Positions 1-11,742 of a stretch of 64,000 bases of DNA are shown in pieces (within the stretch, counting starts at the first letter, position 1; every line of letters starts with the position of its first letter). The stretch is taken from NCBI RefSeq assembly GCF_006345805.1, contig NC_043005.1, forward strand, positions 68,510,001 through 68,574,000, read 5' to 3'. A program made the position numbers and the translations under genes. Under the pieces are notes generated by a model. It ran no database searches, had not been told where the DNA came from, and saw only the letters and a list, made by a program, of their open reading frames with translations. This DNA is from Octopus sinensis. Its lineage: Eukaryota.

Positions 1-73
1 TATATATCTATATATATATGTATATATATATGTATATATATATATATGTATATATATATGTATATATATATAC

Positions 74-106
<33 letters not shown>

Positions 107-135
107 TATATTGTGTGTGTGCGTGTGTGTATGTG
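1..135. repeat. (TA)n/(TG)n microsatellite
   Basis: Dinucleotide repeats seen directly; they explain ORFs 18..275 and 86..403. Confidence 0.95.
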
Positions 136-1030
136 TTTGTTTTACTGTCTCCTTGTTTTATCATTGGACAATAAGTTGCAAGCGAGTTTCGCTCTCATCA
201 AGGCCTGTTCTTTGTTGCCAATCTTCTATGCATTCACGTCTTGGCATAGTGAAATATTACTTTACTTACAAATGAGAGTTGGCGTCAAGAAGGGCGTCTG
301 GTTTTACAAAATATGTTTGTTCCATATGAGTATGGAAAATTATGGAAGCTTATATATTGAGTGGACGGTAACAATTTTAACCGAGAGGTTAAATCATTTC
401 TGATTGTTCAAGTGCTTTGATTCTCTGTATGCATATATATTAATCGATTACTGACATTTATCAATGATTTCTGTCATGTTGATGCACGATTAGCAAAATT
501 GTCGGTATTTTTGACGACATGAGTATGCTAGTATAGTGTGCTACCACTATTATATTAAATATTTTATAAGTTTACATTATGATATCTAATGTGTATATTT
601 CTCCACTAATATTTATCTAAGCTTTCTTATTTATATTAATCCAGAACATTTGCGTCTACATACTACGGTATAAGTGTAAAAGCATTCAAGTGATTTCGAA
701 TGGAATAAGTATATTTTTCCATACATAACTTAAGTAGTAGTACAAAAGTATATTGTAATTAATGGGAACAAATTAAGTGGAAAGAATTAGAGTGCGTTAT
801 CTCAAAGATGAGTGACGTTGCTTCGAGTAGCGTTTTAGGTTATTATTGACAGAATGCGTAGAAAGAGTGTGACCATTTATCATGGCTTTGAATGACAAGG
901 TTCCGTGTAATACCATATTCTGTGAGGAAAAGTAGAAGACTGAAAGAGCATCTCACGGAGTGTCTCAATGCGGACTTCAGGCCGGCACTGCCTGGTGTTC
1001 AGTTCCCTAACTCGTTTAAAGCAAGCAGGG

Positions 1031-1269
1031 CTTTTTATTCCTTTATTGCCCACAAGGGGCTAAACATAGAGGGGACAAAAAAGGATAGACAAAGGGATTA
1101 AGTCGATTACATCGACTCCAGTGCGTAACTGGTACTTAATTTATCGACCCTCGAAAGGATGAAAGGCAAAGTCGACCTCGGCAGAATTTGAACTCAGAAC
1201 GTAACGGCAGACGAAATGCCGCTAAGCATTTCGCCCAGTGTGCTAAAGTACCTGCCAGCTCACCGCCTT
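1031..1269 (-). mobile_element. tRNA-type SINE family A, long-tail subtype, full length
   Basis: Minus strand reads GGCGGTGAGCTGGCAG...GAGTTCAAATTC (B-box-like)...GTCGACTTTGCCTTTCATCCTTTCG...GGGCAATAAAG. 11-bp TSD AGCAAGCAGGG at 1020-1030 and 1270-1280. Many other copies in the window. Confidence 0.93.
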
Positions 1270-2016
1270 AGCAAGCAGGGTTTCTAGAATATTCGACCAG
1301 GATATTTGTTGGCGGGAAGTTTCCAGTTTAATCATTTTTACACCATCTGATGTGACTGACAGAGCCATGTTCTCGCAAGCGTTTAAACATTTCATAGCTT
1401 CATAACTTGCCTTGTCATTATGCCCTATACAAGCCGTGGTCCTGAGCTGGGCCACTTGAACGTGATAGTTCAAAAGTCAGCAGAAGCCTTGCTACACAGT
1501 CTAAGGTCACGGCTCATAACACAAAGCGAGAATTCCGTACACAAGGAAACGAATTGCTGAGACAATTTCATAGACAGTCTAATCTATATCAGTACATGTG
1601 TGATCCCTGTTTATCGACTCGACTTTGCAGCAATTGGTTTTTATTTCTCTCAGTATTATAGTACATCGAATACTGCCTTTGTTGACTCTGCTGTTCATCG
1701 TTCCGCAAGAATCGATAAAATAACACCCAAGAATATTTGGAAATTAATGCAATTAACTATATAATATTCCCCTCATCAATTGGTCCAGTGCTTTCAGTAA
1801 AATGTCCTTCTCATTGTATTTGTTCTTGTTTTTTTTTTAGTGTTCTTTGTAGTCATTGCTGTTAAAGTCCTTCTGGTTGTATCGAATGACAGTAATTGAA
1901 GCCTCCTTTGTAATTCTAAATAACAAAGAAAAATAACAATAAAAGAGAAAAAATACTCTAGCTTTAATTAAGTTTTTGACTTCCATTAGTAGATGACTGG
2001 TGTCGCTTCATTTCCT

Positions 2017-2153
2017 TACTACTACTACTACTACTACACTACTACTACTACTACTACTACTATTTCCACCACCACCACAACCACCACCACCACCACCACT
2101 ACTACTACTGCTACTACTACTACTACTGCTGCTGCTGCTGTTGTTGTTGTTGT

Positions 2154-2194
<41 letters not shown>

Positions 2195-2201
2195 CTGCTG
2201 C
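2017..2201. repeat. Compound trinucleotide microsatellite (TAC)/(CAC)/(TGC)/(TTG)
   Basis: Seen directly; explains the poly-T, poly-L and poly-S ORFs at 1993-2274. Confidence 0.95.
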
Positions 2202-2259
2202 TAATGCTCATGCAATAACAATTTTAGATGGAAGTAATAATGTAATGTATATTCATGAT

Positions 2260-2448
2260 CAGGGGCGTAGCTAGGGTGGCGCAAGCAGGGTACATGCCCT
2301 GGGCTCCACTTTGAGGGGCCGTCGCAATTTTGACCAAAATCATTTTCTAATAAAGCCATTTCTATGCGAGATTCCATTTTTTGTATGGCAGGGGGTACAA
2401 TTTTGATACTTGCCTTGGAGGACGCTATTTACCCTGGCTACGCCCATA
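2260..2448. mobile_element. Non-autonomous DNA transposon (MITE), hAT-like termini
   Basis: TIRs CAGGGGCGTAGCTAGGGT (2260-2277) and ACCCTGGCTACGCCC (2431-2445), 14/15 complementary. CATGAT lies on both flanks (partial TSD). GC-rich relative to its flanks. Confidence 0.7.
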
Positions 2449-2667
2449 AACCATGATATCGTTTAATTTTTGTCTTTGTTGAAATACCTTTTCGTTTACT
2501 TTGTGATAAATTTGTTTTATAAACAAAGGTATATACGCAAAAGTGTTTGTTTTGTATGTGTAAAGTGTATGTTTGTGTGTGTGTGTATGTATGTCATAGA
2601 AGCCACTTGCTTCTTAGTGGGAACCGGAATTCACACGGTTGCGAATCCTATTCCCTAAACACATAGA

Positions 2668-2737
<70 letters not shown>

Positions 2738-2760
2738 GTCTATGTATGTATCTGTCTATC
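2668..2760. repeat. (TATC)n microsatellite
   Basis: Seen directly. Confidence 0.95.
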
Positions 2761-3661
2761 TATTTGCCTGCTCATTCATCTCTATATCTCTTTATGTATT
2801 CATCGGTCCATCTACCTATAATTATATATGCATATGTATACACCCAACATGCACACATGCATACACACTCAACACGCACAGATATATAAATAGATTGATA
2901 GAGAGATAGGTATACAAACATGCATGTTATTCGCACTTATCTACATCTGTGTTTATTAAATTTCAGCATACTCACACGCATGTGTCTGGTACAACCCTAA
3001 GTAAGAGTGCGCTTCTCTATCTGGAAGGCATCATAGTTTTTTTCTAAGGTATTCAGACACGATTTGTAGACTTTGGTATCACGTAATGTTAAGTGAGTAC
3101 ATATTCCTGTTTTTACTGGTGATCATGGAAAAAAAAACGAGTGATGAAGATGATGATGGTGATGACAATGGCAGTGAAAGTGATAGAGATATTGCTTGTC
3201 TTAGTGGGATACTTAACGGTGCTTATGTATAGTAATGGTGATGACGACAGAGACGGCAATGATGAGAGCTGTGATGATAGTTATGTAGGCGATTATTAGT
3301 TCGATATTCAAATTCAAAGCACGTGCCATTAACTTTTAAAGAAAAGTTTCCATTAAAATACTGCGCTTTGCTAAAATATGCAGCTCACTTAGTGAAATCG
3401 CGAGGGATTCAGTTTGAATTAAGATCTGACCGGGCTATGAGCAGTCCGATCAGGAAACGCTAAGTTAGTGATGCTAGTGATTGTATTCATTTCTGCAGTT
3501 GATAAAAGTAAGCGAAGTCTCATGGGGTCTTTAGAAGAAACAATTATTCATCCAAATATCAGTAGTTAAGATTAGATCGATGTCAACTCAATACCAGTGT
3601 GGCAGGCAATCGGCAATCTCCAATATGCAGCCCACGTTCGTATTCTAGACGGTTCCTTTCT

Positions 3662-3940
3662 CCACCCATCCATTCACCCATCCATCCATCCATCCATGCT
3701 TACATACATACACACATACATACGTACATACACACATACACGCATACATACATACATACATACATACACGCATACATACATACATACATACATACACGCA
3801 TACATACATACATACATACACGCATGCATACATACATACATACACGCATACATACATACATACATACATACATGCATGCAAGGAGACATACATACAAACA
3901 TGCACGCATACATACATACATACATACTACATACATACAT
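3662..3940. repeat. (CATC)n/(CATA)n microsatellite
   Basis: Seen directly; source of the HTYI and MYVC ORFs. Confidence 0.95.
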
Positions 3941-4025
3941 AATTATACGCCGATAACTTTGATTAATACAGTGTCAACGTTTCGACATATATATCTAGTT
4001 GCCTATTTCAGATATACGGGTAATA

Positions 4026-4333
4026 TCCGAAGGTGACCAGAAACGTTCCCTATTGGACGAAGATGTTGTAGTTTAGGCTTTAGCCGCTACAGGTCTCTTG
4101 GTGCAACCCTTAGGCATTAGTCTGCCGACCGGTATCGACGGGTGCGGTAGTACTGGCACGTACTGCGTTTTTGTTTCGCAATGCTTCTGCCCTGTTCGTC
4201 GATTTTTGGGATGGCTGAAACAAACGAACAACGTGCTTCCGTGAAATTCTGTTTTCTGCCAGAGAAAAAGGCATCCAAAACAGTTGCCATGCTTCAGATG
4301 GCTTACAAAGACGCTGCCATTAGCAAAACACAC
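4026..4333 (+). mobile_element. Mariner transposon 5' fragment (UTR plus N-terminal HTH)
   Basis: From ATG at 4211: MAETNEQRASVKFCFLPEKKASKTVAMLQMAYKDAAISKT, matching the mariner N-terminal EQRxxxKFCF...MLxxAYxDxAxSKT pattern. Possible decayed 5' TIR near 4026. Truncated at a (CATA) run. Confidence 0.8.
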
Positions 4334-4931
4334 ATACACACATACACATATATATGACTATATACATAATATAGGGAGGTTTATGATAATTGATGTTGGT
4401 TAAAATTGTGATTATTGGTCAAATATTAAGTTTTTAATCTGCGTAAGTAATTGAGAAGGAACTTCCGACATCTTGAGCTAGTTTTTATATCAGTGAAAGT
4501 GTTGCAACATTAATTAATTAATTTACTGATTAATTAATAGAAGCACTACATTGTAATACGATTATTTGAAAAGTTAAGTAAACTTACGAATATTTGTTTT
4601 GATTAAACCACCTTTATCTTTGCTCTGAAAAAGTAGTGTTATCGCACCACTGGCCTTTGTCTCGGTGGTTAAAAAAAAGACAGCGTTCTGACAAGTTTCA
4701 GCTTTTGGCAAAGATTCATCACAGAATCAAATTAGAGGAAACAATTACATTCTGTCTATTGTAGAAAAGAATCTCTTTGTTATAACAACAACAACAATAA
4801 TAATAATAAAAACGGCAACAATAGTAGTAGTAGTAATAATAATTATAATAATAAGTAAAAGAACAGCAATAAGAACAGTACTACTACTACTACTACTACT
4901 ACTACTATACTACTACTACTACTACTACTAC

Positions 4932-4962
<31 letters not shown>

Positions 4963-4965
<3 letters not shown>

Positions 4966-5291
4966 GTGTCTCTAAAAGAAATGGAGAAACTTTCAAAATA
5001 CAAAGAACTGGAAATAGAGGTGACCAGAATGTGGAATCTAAAAGCAGAAACAATTCCTATCATAATAGGCATGATAAAAAAAATATTCAGACAAATACAT
5101 AACAAAAACACCAGGACTTACAAATAAATATAACATACAGAAGATTGCACTACTAGGCACTGCACACATCCTACGCAGAACACTTTCCATACAATAACCA
5201 TCAGAGCATCATAACAAATCACAGCACATACCCAAGGCACACAGAGCTGCGCTCGGTAGTGAAGTGAAAGCACGATATAAAAAATATACTA

Positions 5292-5296
<5 letters not shown>
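4963..5296 (+). mobile_element. R4/Dong-clade RLE LINE, 3' end
   Basis: Translates NVSLKEMEKLSKYKELEIEVTRMWNLKAETIPIIIG (RLE endonuclease C-terminus), then a 3' UTR and (AAT)n tail. Also preceded by (AAT)n. Confidence 0.88.
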
Positions 5297-5335
<39 letters not shown>

Positions 5336-5342
5336 TTATAAT

Positions 5343-5870
5343 ATGCCCTGATGCAGTACCAGGCAGTGACTCTCATGGCTTTTGATCTTAACTGATTATC
5401 ATGTACATTGCTTTGTCTTGGTATAAAAGATGGGCTACAGCAAATATTCTGCTTAATACCACAGATTTGCTTGTCAGTTATTTGACCATAACCAGTTGAG
5501 CATGTCCTTTAGTGGCTGATAATATGTGCATCTCTGATCATGAGCAGAAGTAGTGGGGGAGTATGATAGCCATGTGTTGAGAGGGATTCTTTGGGGTTTG
5601 GTTGATTCACCTTGGAAACATGGGTGTTTCGTTCATCATCCTTAAACAAAACTTATTCAGGGACCTTTTGAGTGGCATGGGTTTCTCGACCTGACGAATG
5701 TTCTGAGTCCCACCAGCAAGGTCATGCGCTGTTAATCTTGATATGAGATCACCATTTCGCGCACATATGGCTGTGATGCATGTGTCCAGTGTACCTTATC
5801 AGAAGAGTATACTGGGCTTCGTATATTTTACCACAGTGTTACTTTGATGGCATGCACCTCTCTCTTACTC
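5343..5870 (+). mobile_element. ~560-bp non-coding (AAT)n-associated interspersed element, copy 1
   Basis: Starts ATGCCCTGATGCAGTACCAGGCAG and ends ...CTCTCTTACTC + (AAT)n. Homologous to four other copies in the window. Confidence 0.9.
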
Positions 5871-5911
5871 AATAATAATAATATAATAATAATAATAATA
5901 ATGATTATAAT

Positions 5912-6441
5912 ATGCCCTGATGCAGTACCAGGCAGTGACTCTCATGGCTTTTGATCTTAACTGATTATCATGTACATTGCTTTGTCTTGGTATAAAAGAT
6001 GGGCTACAGCAAATATTCTGCTTAATACCACAGATTTGCTTGTCAGTTATTTGACCATAACCAGTTGAGCATGTCCTTTAGTGGCTGATAATATGTGCAT
6101 CTCTGATCATGAGCAGAAGTAGTGGGGGAGTATGATAGCCATGTGTTGAGAGGAATTCTTTGGGGTTTGGTTGATTCACCCTTGGAAACATGGGTGTTTC
6201 GTTCATCATCCTTAAACAAAACTTATTCAGGGACCTTTTGAGTGGCATGGGTTTCTCGACCTGACGAATGTTCTGAGTCCCACCAGCAAGGTCATGCGCT
6301 GTTAATCTTGATATGAGATCACCATTTCGCGCACATATGGCTGTGATGCATGTGTCCAGTGTACCCTTATCAGAAGAGTATACTGGGCTTCGTATATTTT
6401 ACCACAGTGTTACTTTGATGGCATGCACCTCTCTCTTACTC
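5912..6441 (+). mobile_element. ~560-bp element, copy 2 (near-identical to copy 1)
   Basis: Shares copy 1's private deletions and upstream AATGATTATAAT junction; 569-bp period. Confidence 0.9.
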
Positions 6442-6461
6442 AATAATAATAATAATAATAA

Positions 6462-7017
6462 ATGCCCTGATGCAGTACCAGGCAGTGGCTCTCATGGCTT
6501 CTGATCTTAACTGATTGGAAGTGTTATCATGTACATTGTTTTGTCTTGGTATAAAAGATGGGCTACAGCAAATATTCTGCTCAATACCACAGATTTGCTT
6601 GTCAGTAGTTTGACTTTAACCAGTTGAGCATGTCCCTTAGTGGCTGACGATATGTGCATCTCTGATCACGAGCAGAAGTAGTGGGGGAGCATCATAGCCA
6701 TGTGTTGAGAGGGATTCTTTGGGGTTTGAATAGTTCACCTCTGGAAACATGGGTGGTTCTTTCAACATCCTTAAACAACCCTTATTCAGGGACCGTTTGA
6801 GCGAGATGGGCTACTCAACCTGAAGAAAATTCTAACTGGGCCCCACCTGCAAGGTCATGTGCTGTTTATCTTGATATGAGATCACCCTGTCGCGCACATA
6901 TGGTTGTGATGCATGTGCCTGGTGTACTTTTATCAGACGGGTAGTCATGATGGGTATATTGGGCTTCGTATATTTTACCCCAGTGTCATTTTGATGGCAT
7001 GAACTGCTCTCTCACTC
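6462..7017 (+). mobile_element. ~560-bp element, copy 3 (most complete)
   Basis: Retains segments missing from copies 1 and 2 (e.g. GATTGGAAGTGTTATC, GACGGGTAGTCATGATGGG). Flanked by (AAT)n. Confidence 0.9.
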
Positions 7018-7047
7018 AATACTAATAATAATAATGATGATGATGAT

Positions 7048-8050
7048 AACCCTGAATTAAATAAAAAACCTGAAACATCTGCCACCAAACAAGCAAAGCA
7101 GATCAAGCAGTCTGCAAAAAAGAATCGACAGAAACAAATTGACAAGTGGTGGAACCAGAAGCCCCAGCATGCACAGTATATTGTCTATGCTGATGTAGAT
7201 CAAGCAACAATCCATCAGTGGCTGAGAAGATCCGGACTGAAAGTAGAGACGGAAGTTTTCAGATTGGCAGCATAAGACCAAATCTTGCTTACCAAAACTA
7301 CCAGGCTAACGTACTTCAAAATGGTTTAGACTCTAAATGCAGATTCTGCGACACATTTGATGTAACAATAGACCTGTTTCGGGATGTACTGTGCTGACAC
7401 CAACCGAATACAAAAATTGCAAAGAAAGGGTAGGTAAACATGTAAGCACTACAAAATTTGCACACTTGCTTACTGGTACGAACATCATCCTGAGTCAGTC
7501 GTTGGAGTTTAAAATGTCACTATCCGCTGGGATATTCTAGTCAACACCGACGATACGATCCAAGTTAATCGACCAGAAATAATTATTAAAGACAGGGATA
7601 AAAATACTTGCAGACTAATAGATGTAAGAGTCCGCACTGATAAAAATCTAACTGTCAAGGAATTTGAGAAATTAAGTAAATATAAGGACCTGGAAATTGA
7701 AATACAAAAGATGTGGTATCTTAAAGCGAGAGCTGTTTCTGTTATTGAAGGTGCCCTAGGTATGATAAAAGAAAGGGATCCTAGAAACATCTAGATAATA
7801 TGGCAGGAGAACCATGTATCAGTGAAACCCCAAAAATTGTGCTGACAATTACTGCTCACATCCTTAGTAAAATACTATCAGTTTAAAGGTCTGTGTCGTA
7901 TTACACGAAAATATTTCGCTACTGCCCCTGCTACCTCCCCTCCCCAAGCTTTCAGTCATACTGTAACACCTCTTATCCTTCGCTCGCCCTAGGACGCTGG
8001 GTGTGTCTCGGCAAGTGATTGTAGCAAATATGCAGAGTAAAAGTGAATAA
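7048..8050 (+). mobile_element. R4/Dong-clade RLE LINE, decayed 3' ~1 kb (zinc knuckle, RLE, 3' UTR)
   Basis: Translates WLRRSGLKVETE..., SKCRFCDTFD..., WYEHHPESV..., WDILVNTDDTIQVNRPEIII...LIDV...EKLSKYKDLEIEIQKMW...GALGMIK, with stops and frameshifts. Ends in an AAT/AGT tail. Confidence 0.9.
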
Positions 8051-8080
8051 CGATAATAGTAGTAGTAGTAGTAGTAATAA

Positions 8081-8507
8081 TAACTGATTGGAAGTGCTAT
8101 CATATAAACTGTCTTGTCTTAGTATAACAGATAGGCTATAGCAAATATTCTGCTCATTGCCACAGATTTGCTGGTCACTTGCTTGACCTCAGCTATTGAA
8201 GCATATACCTTTGTGGTAGACGTTATGTGCATCTCTGATTATGATCAAAAGTAGTGGGGTAGTGGGGGAGCATCATAGCTATGTGCTGAGAGGAATTCGT
8301 TGGAGTTTGAATAATTAAACCCTGGAAACATGAGCGTTTCGTTCAACATCCTTAAATGACTCTTATTCAGGGCTCTTTTGAGCGAGATGGGCTACTTGAC
8401 CTGAACAAAATTCCAACGGAGCACCACCTGCAAGTTCATGAGCTGATTATCTTGATATGAGATCACCACGTCAAACACACATGGTTGTGACGCAGGTGTC
8501 TGGTGAG
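8081..8507 (+). mobile_element. ~560-bp element, copy 4 (older, truncated at both ends)
   Basis: Begins TAACTGATTGGAAGTG right after the LINE tail; colinear with copy 3 but diverged. Confidence 0.85.
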
Positions 8508-9528
8508 CCAGAAATTTGGCACCTTATCATTACCAGGTGATTTCCACTTATGATCCTTCGTGAGTGTCATCCTTAGGTATGCTATTGTGATGTTTTCTCA
8601 TGCTTGTTCTGGTAAATTTTGGTAGTACCCTTCTGTACGTCTAATCCAGTCTCCATTTTCATTGTAAGTCTTCTGATTAATCAAGATATTTTCCCAAAAG
8701 TTTTCAACTTCTTTCCCTGGAAAAGGGAAAGTGTTCAACGGTTATTTATTCCTCCCTTCTTTGTCTGTAGAACGCTTTCCCATTGGATGTGATCAGCTTA
8801 TTTTGCTTGTAAAACTTATTTCTCTTCTCAAATCTTCGTATTCTTTGAACTTTTGCTTGGACTCTTTACTACAGTGTTTCTTTTGCTGAAAGCATCTCTT
8901 TTCTTGATGAGAATCTGTTTTCACTTCATCATTCTTAATTTTCTGGTTTTTACATCGTTTCCACTGACTAGTCCATTCACCTCTCATTATTTCAATCTCT
9001 TTCTCAATTTTTTTTTTCCAGTTTGGAATTCTTCTCAGATTTGTATTTCTTTGTTTTCTCAGAGGCATACAACTGGTTTCAACTGTCTTAGCAGCTGAGC
9101 AAATAATTTCGTTTAATTCAGTGAAATTTAGTTTTAGTTCTTGCATAATATTTCTTGAGTTACATTTTGAATTGTATTTTAGAGTTTATGAAGGGGTTCT
9201 CTACCACACATATTGGCGTGTCGCAAGCTTGTTCAGGATTGTCTGCTTCGTTTCTATCATAGATTCTGTATGCTCTTCAGTAAATGTGTAGTCTTCAAAT
9301 ATTGTTTCCCCGTTATACTTTATCAGGTTCATTACAATTTATTTCTCCAGACATTTGTATGTTCTGGTCAGATGGCAGTCTTCCAAATGAGACTCACGGA
9401 AAGTTGCTCTCTTCGTCTGGTTCTTCATTTCCTTTCTGTCTTATATTTAGGTCATTTTCCGCTGCGTGCTTGATCGCGGTTATTTCAGTATCTGTGAGTC
9501 TTTTATTTCTGAAGATAGTCCTCCTAAC
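8508..9528 (-). mobile_element. R4/Dong-clade LINE, decayed N-terminal ORF region
   Basis: Minus-strand peptides RRTIFRNKRLTDTEITAIK, LNEIICSAAKTV, IPNWKKKIEKEIEIMRGE and HKWKSPGNDKVPNFW (pre-RT WKSPGxD motif). Confidence 0.82.
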
Positions 9529-11380
9529 AAGGTGGCGAGCTGGCAGAATCGCTAGCATGCTGCACGGAATGTCTTGCACTTTCTGAGTTCAAATTCCACC
9601 GGGGTCGACTTTGCCTTTCATTCTTTCGGGGTCAATTACATAAGTGCCAGTTACGCACAGCGGTCGATTGACTTAATTATTTCCCCAAATTTGAGGCCTT
9701 GTGCTTCCAGTAGAAAATATTATTATTATTATTAATAAAAGGTGGCGAACTGATGAATCGTTAGCACACCGGGTAAAATGCTTAGTGGCATTTCGTCCAT
9801 CTTTACGTTCTGAGTTCAAATCCCGTCGAAGTCGACTTTGCCTTTCATCCTTTCGGGAACGATGAATTAAGTAACAGTTGCGTACAGGGGTTCATCTAAT
9901 CGACTGGATCTCTCCCCTAGTAAAAAGGATTATTATTATTATTATCATTAAAGCGGTGAGCTGGCAGAATCATTAACCTGTCAGACAAAATATATAGTAG
10001 CATTCCCATCAGATCTTTATTTTATAAGTTCAAATACGCACGAGGTCAATTTTGCCTTTAGTTCAGAGTCGATAAAATAACGTACCACTCAAGTATTGTA
10101 ATCACCTATCCTCCCCTCAAAACGCCTGGCATTGCGCCAGAATTGTTATAGTTATTATTTTTGCTGTTATTGTTTTCTATGCTTCTGTATCTTACATTGT
10201 CTATCAATAACATTTTCTCAGTTTATTAATATATATTTAAATTTTCTTTATTTAAATATATAAAAAAGCGAATAGCTTAGTTGTTGTGCATATCAATCAA
10301 TTATTTTTTATAATTTTGGTTGGCAAGATCGTAATAGCATGAACAAATATATGTTGTGCATCTTGTTACTTTCGACTTTTTAAATTGTCTTTGAGGATTT
10401 CAAACGAAATTGCAGTGAGTCTTTCATCTTTATGGTAGTGAGAATTGAAGTATCAGTCAAGTATTCTTGGTAATGTATTCGACTGTTTTAAGGCAGCGAG
10501 CTGACCGAATCGTTAGCACGTCTGACAAAATGCTTAACAATATTACGTCCGTCTGCACGTTCTGTGTTCAAATTCTGCCGAGGTCGACTTTGCCTTTCAT
10601 CTTATCGAGGTCGATAAAATGAGAACCAGTTGAGTACTGGGGTTCATGTAGTCGTGTTACCCAATCTACCGAAATTGCTGATCTTGTTCCAAAATTTGAA
10701 TGTAATATATTAGACTGTTTTCTTCTCATGTAAAACTATTAATTTCAAAACCTAGGTACGAAAATATTATCATTATTATTCTGAGCTCAAATTCCCCTGA
10801 GGTCGACTTTACCTTTCATCCTTTCGGGTTTGATGAAATAACTAAAAGTTGTGCACTGGGGACCATGTAACTGACGAACCATCTCCCGCAAATTTCAAGT
10901 ATTGTGCCTATAGTAGAAAGTATTACTATCATTATTATTACCATTATAAATAAGCCGGCTAGCAGACAGAATCGTTAGTACGCGCTCCCAAATGCCCAGC
11001 GGCATTTCTTCCGGCTTTCAGATCTCTGCTCCAATTCCACCGCGCTTGACTTTTCCTTTCACTCCTTTCAGTGTTGACACAATAATTACCAATTGAGCCA
11101 TGGCGTCGATATAATCGAATTGTTCTTCTCCCCAAAATGTTAAGCTTTGTTTCTATAGTAGGAAGGGATTTTGTGAAGGACGCGAGCTGTCAGAATCGTC
11201 AGCACAACAGACAAGATACTTCATATCATTTCTACTGGTTCTTTACATAAGAACAAATACATTTGGGTTTTAACTTTGCCTTGCATCCGTTTGAGGTCCA
11301 CGAAATAAAGTTCTAGTCAAGTGCTGGGGTCTATGTAATTTTGATTTTCCCCTCAAGATCGCTGGCCTGGTTCAAGAGTA
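9529..11380 (+). mobile_element. Cluster of ~7 co-oriented SINE family A copies (short-tail subtype)
   Basis: Copies start near 9529, 9740, 9951, 10490, 10778 (5'-truncated), 10953 and 11176. Each has a GTCGACTTTGCCTTTCATC-like core and a CTTGTGC...GTAGAAA-like tail, often followed by (ATT)n. Confidence 0.85.
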
Positions 11381-11742
11381 AAAACGACTATGATCAATAT
11401 GTTGGATTGTTAGAATTAATAAACGAATAAGCAGAATGAATCTGATTTCATTATATCATTTCCTTCTAAGAACATTAGAAAGAATAATTATATTTATTCC
11501 ATTCAAAGCCGGGTAGATTTTAATTACTGTAGATTTTCATTGCAGACACACTTATCAATTAATATATCCCTTTGATTTGTTACGGTCAATAATTTTAGAT
11601 TTGCTTTCTTGCCAAACGTAGTTGCTTTGACATACACCGTTTGACCATGCAGGAAGAATTGGGCTCTGGTCATTTGTCAGCTTTAGTTCTTCGGTGTATG
11701 CCAACGCAAAGTCATGACATGAAAGGAAATTTCTTTTAAATG

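Noticed and set aside
6462-7017. Hammerhead/retrozyme interpretation of the tandem 560-bp units
   Set aside because: CTGACGA and CTGAAGA occur, but without a stem II plus GAAA box on either strand.
9245-9282. CTGAAGA...GAAAC on the minus strand
   Set aside because: It lies inside LINE coding sequence and has no stem I or III support; coincidental.
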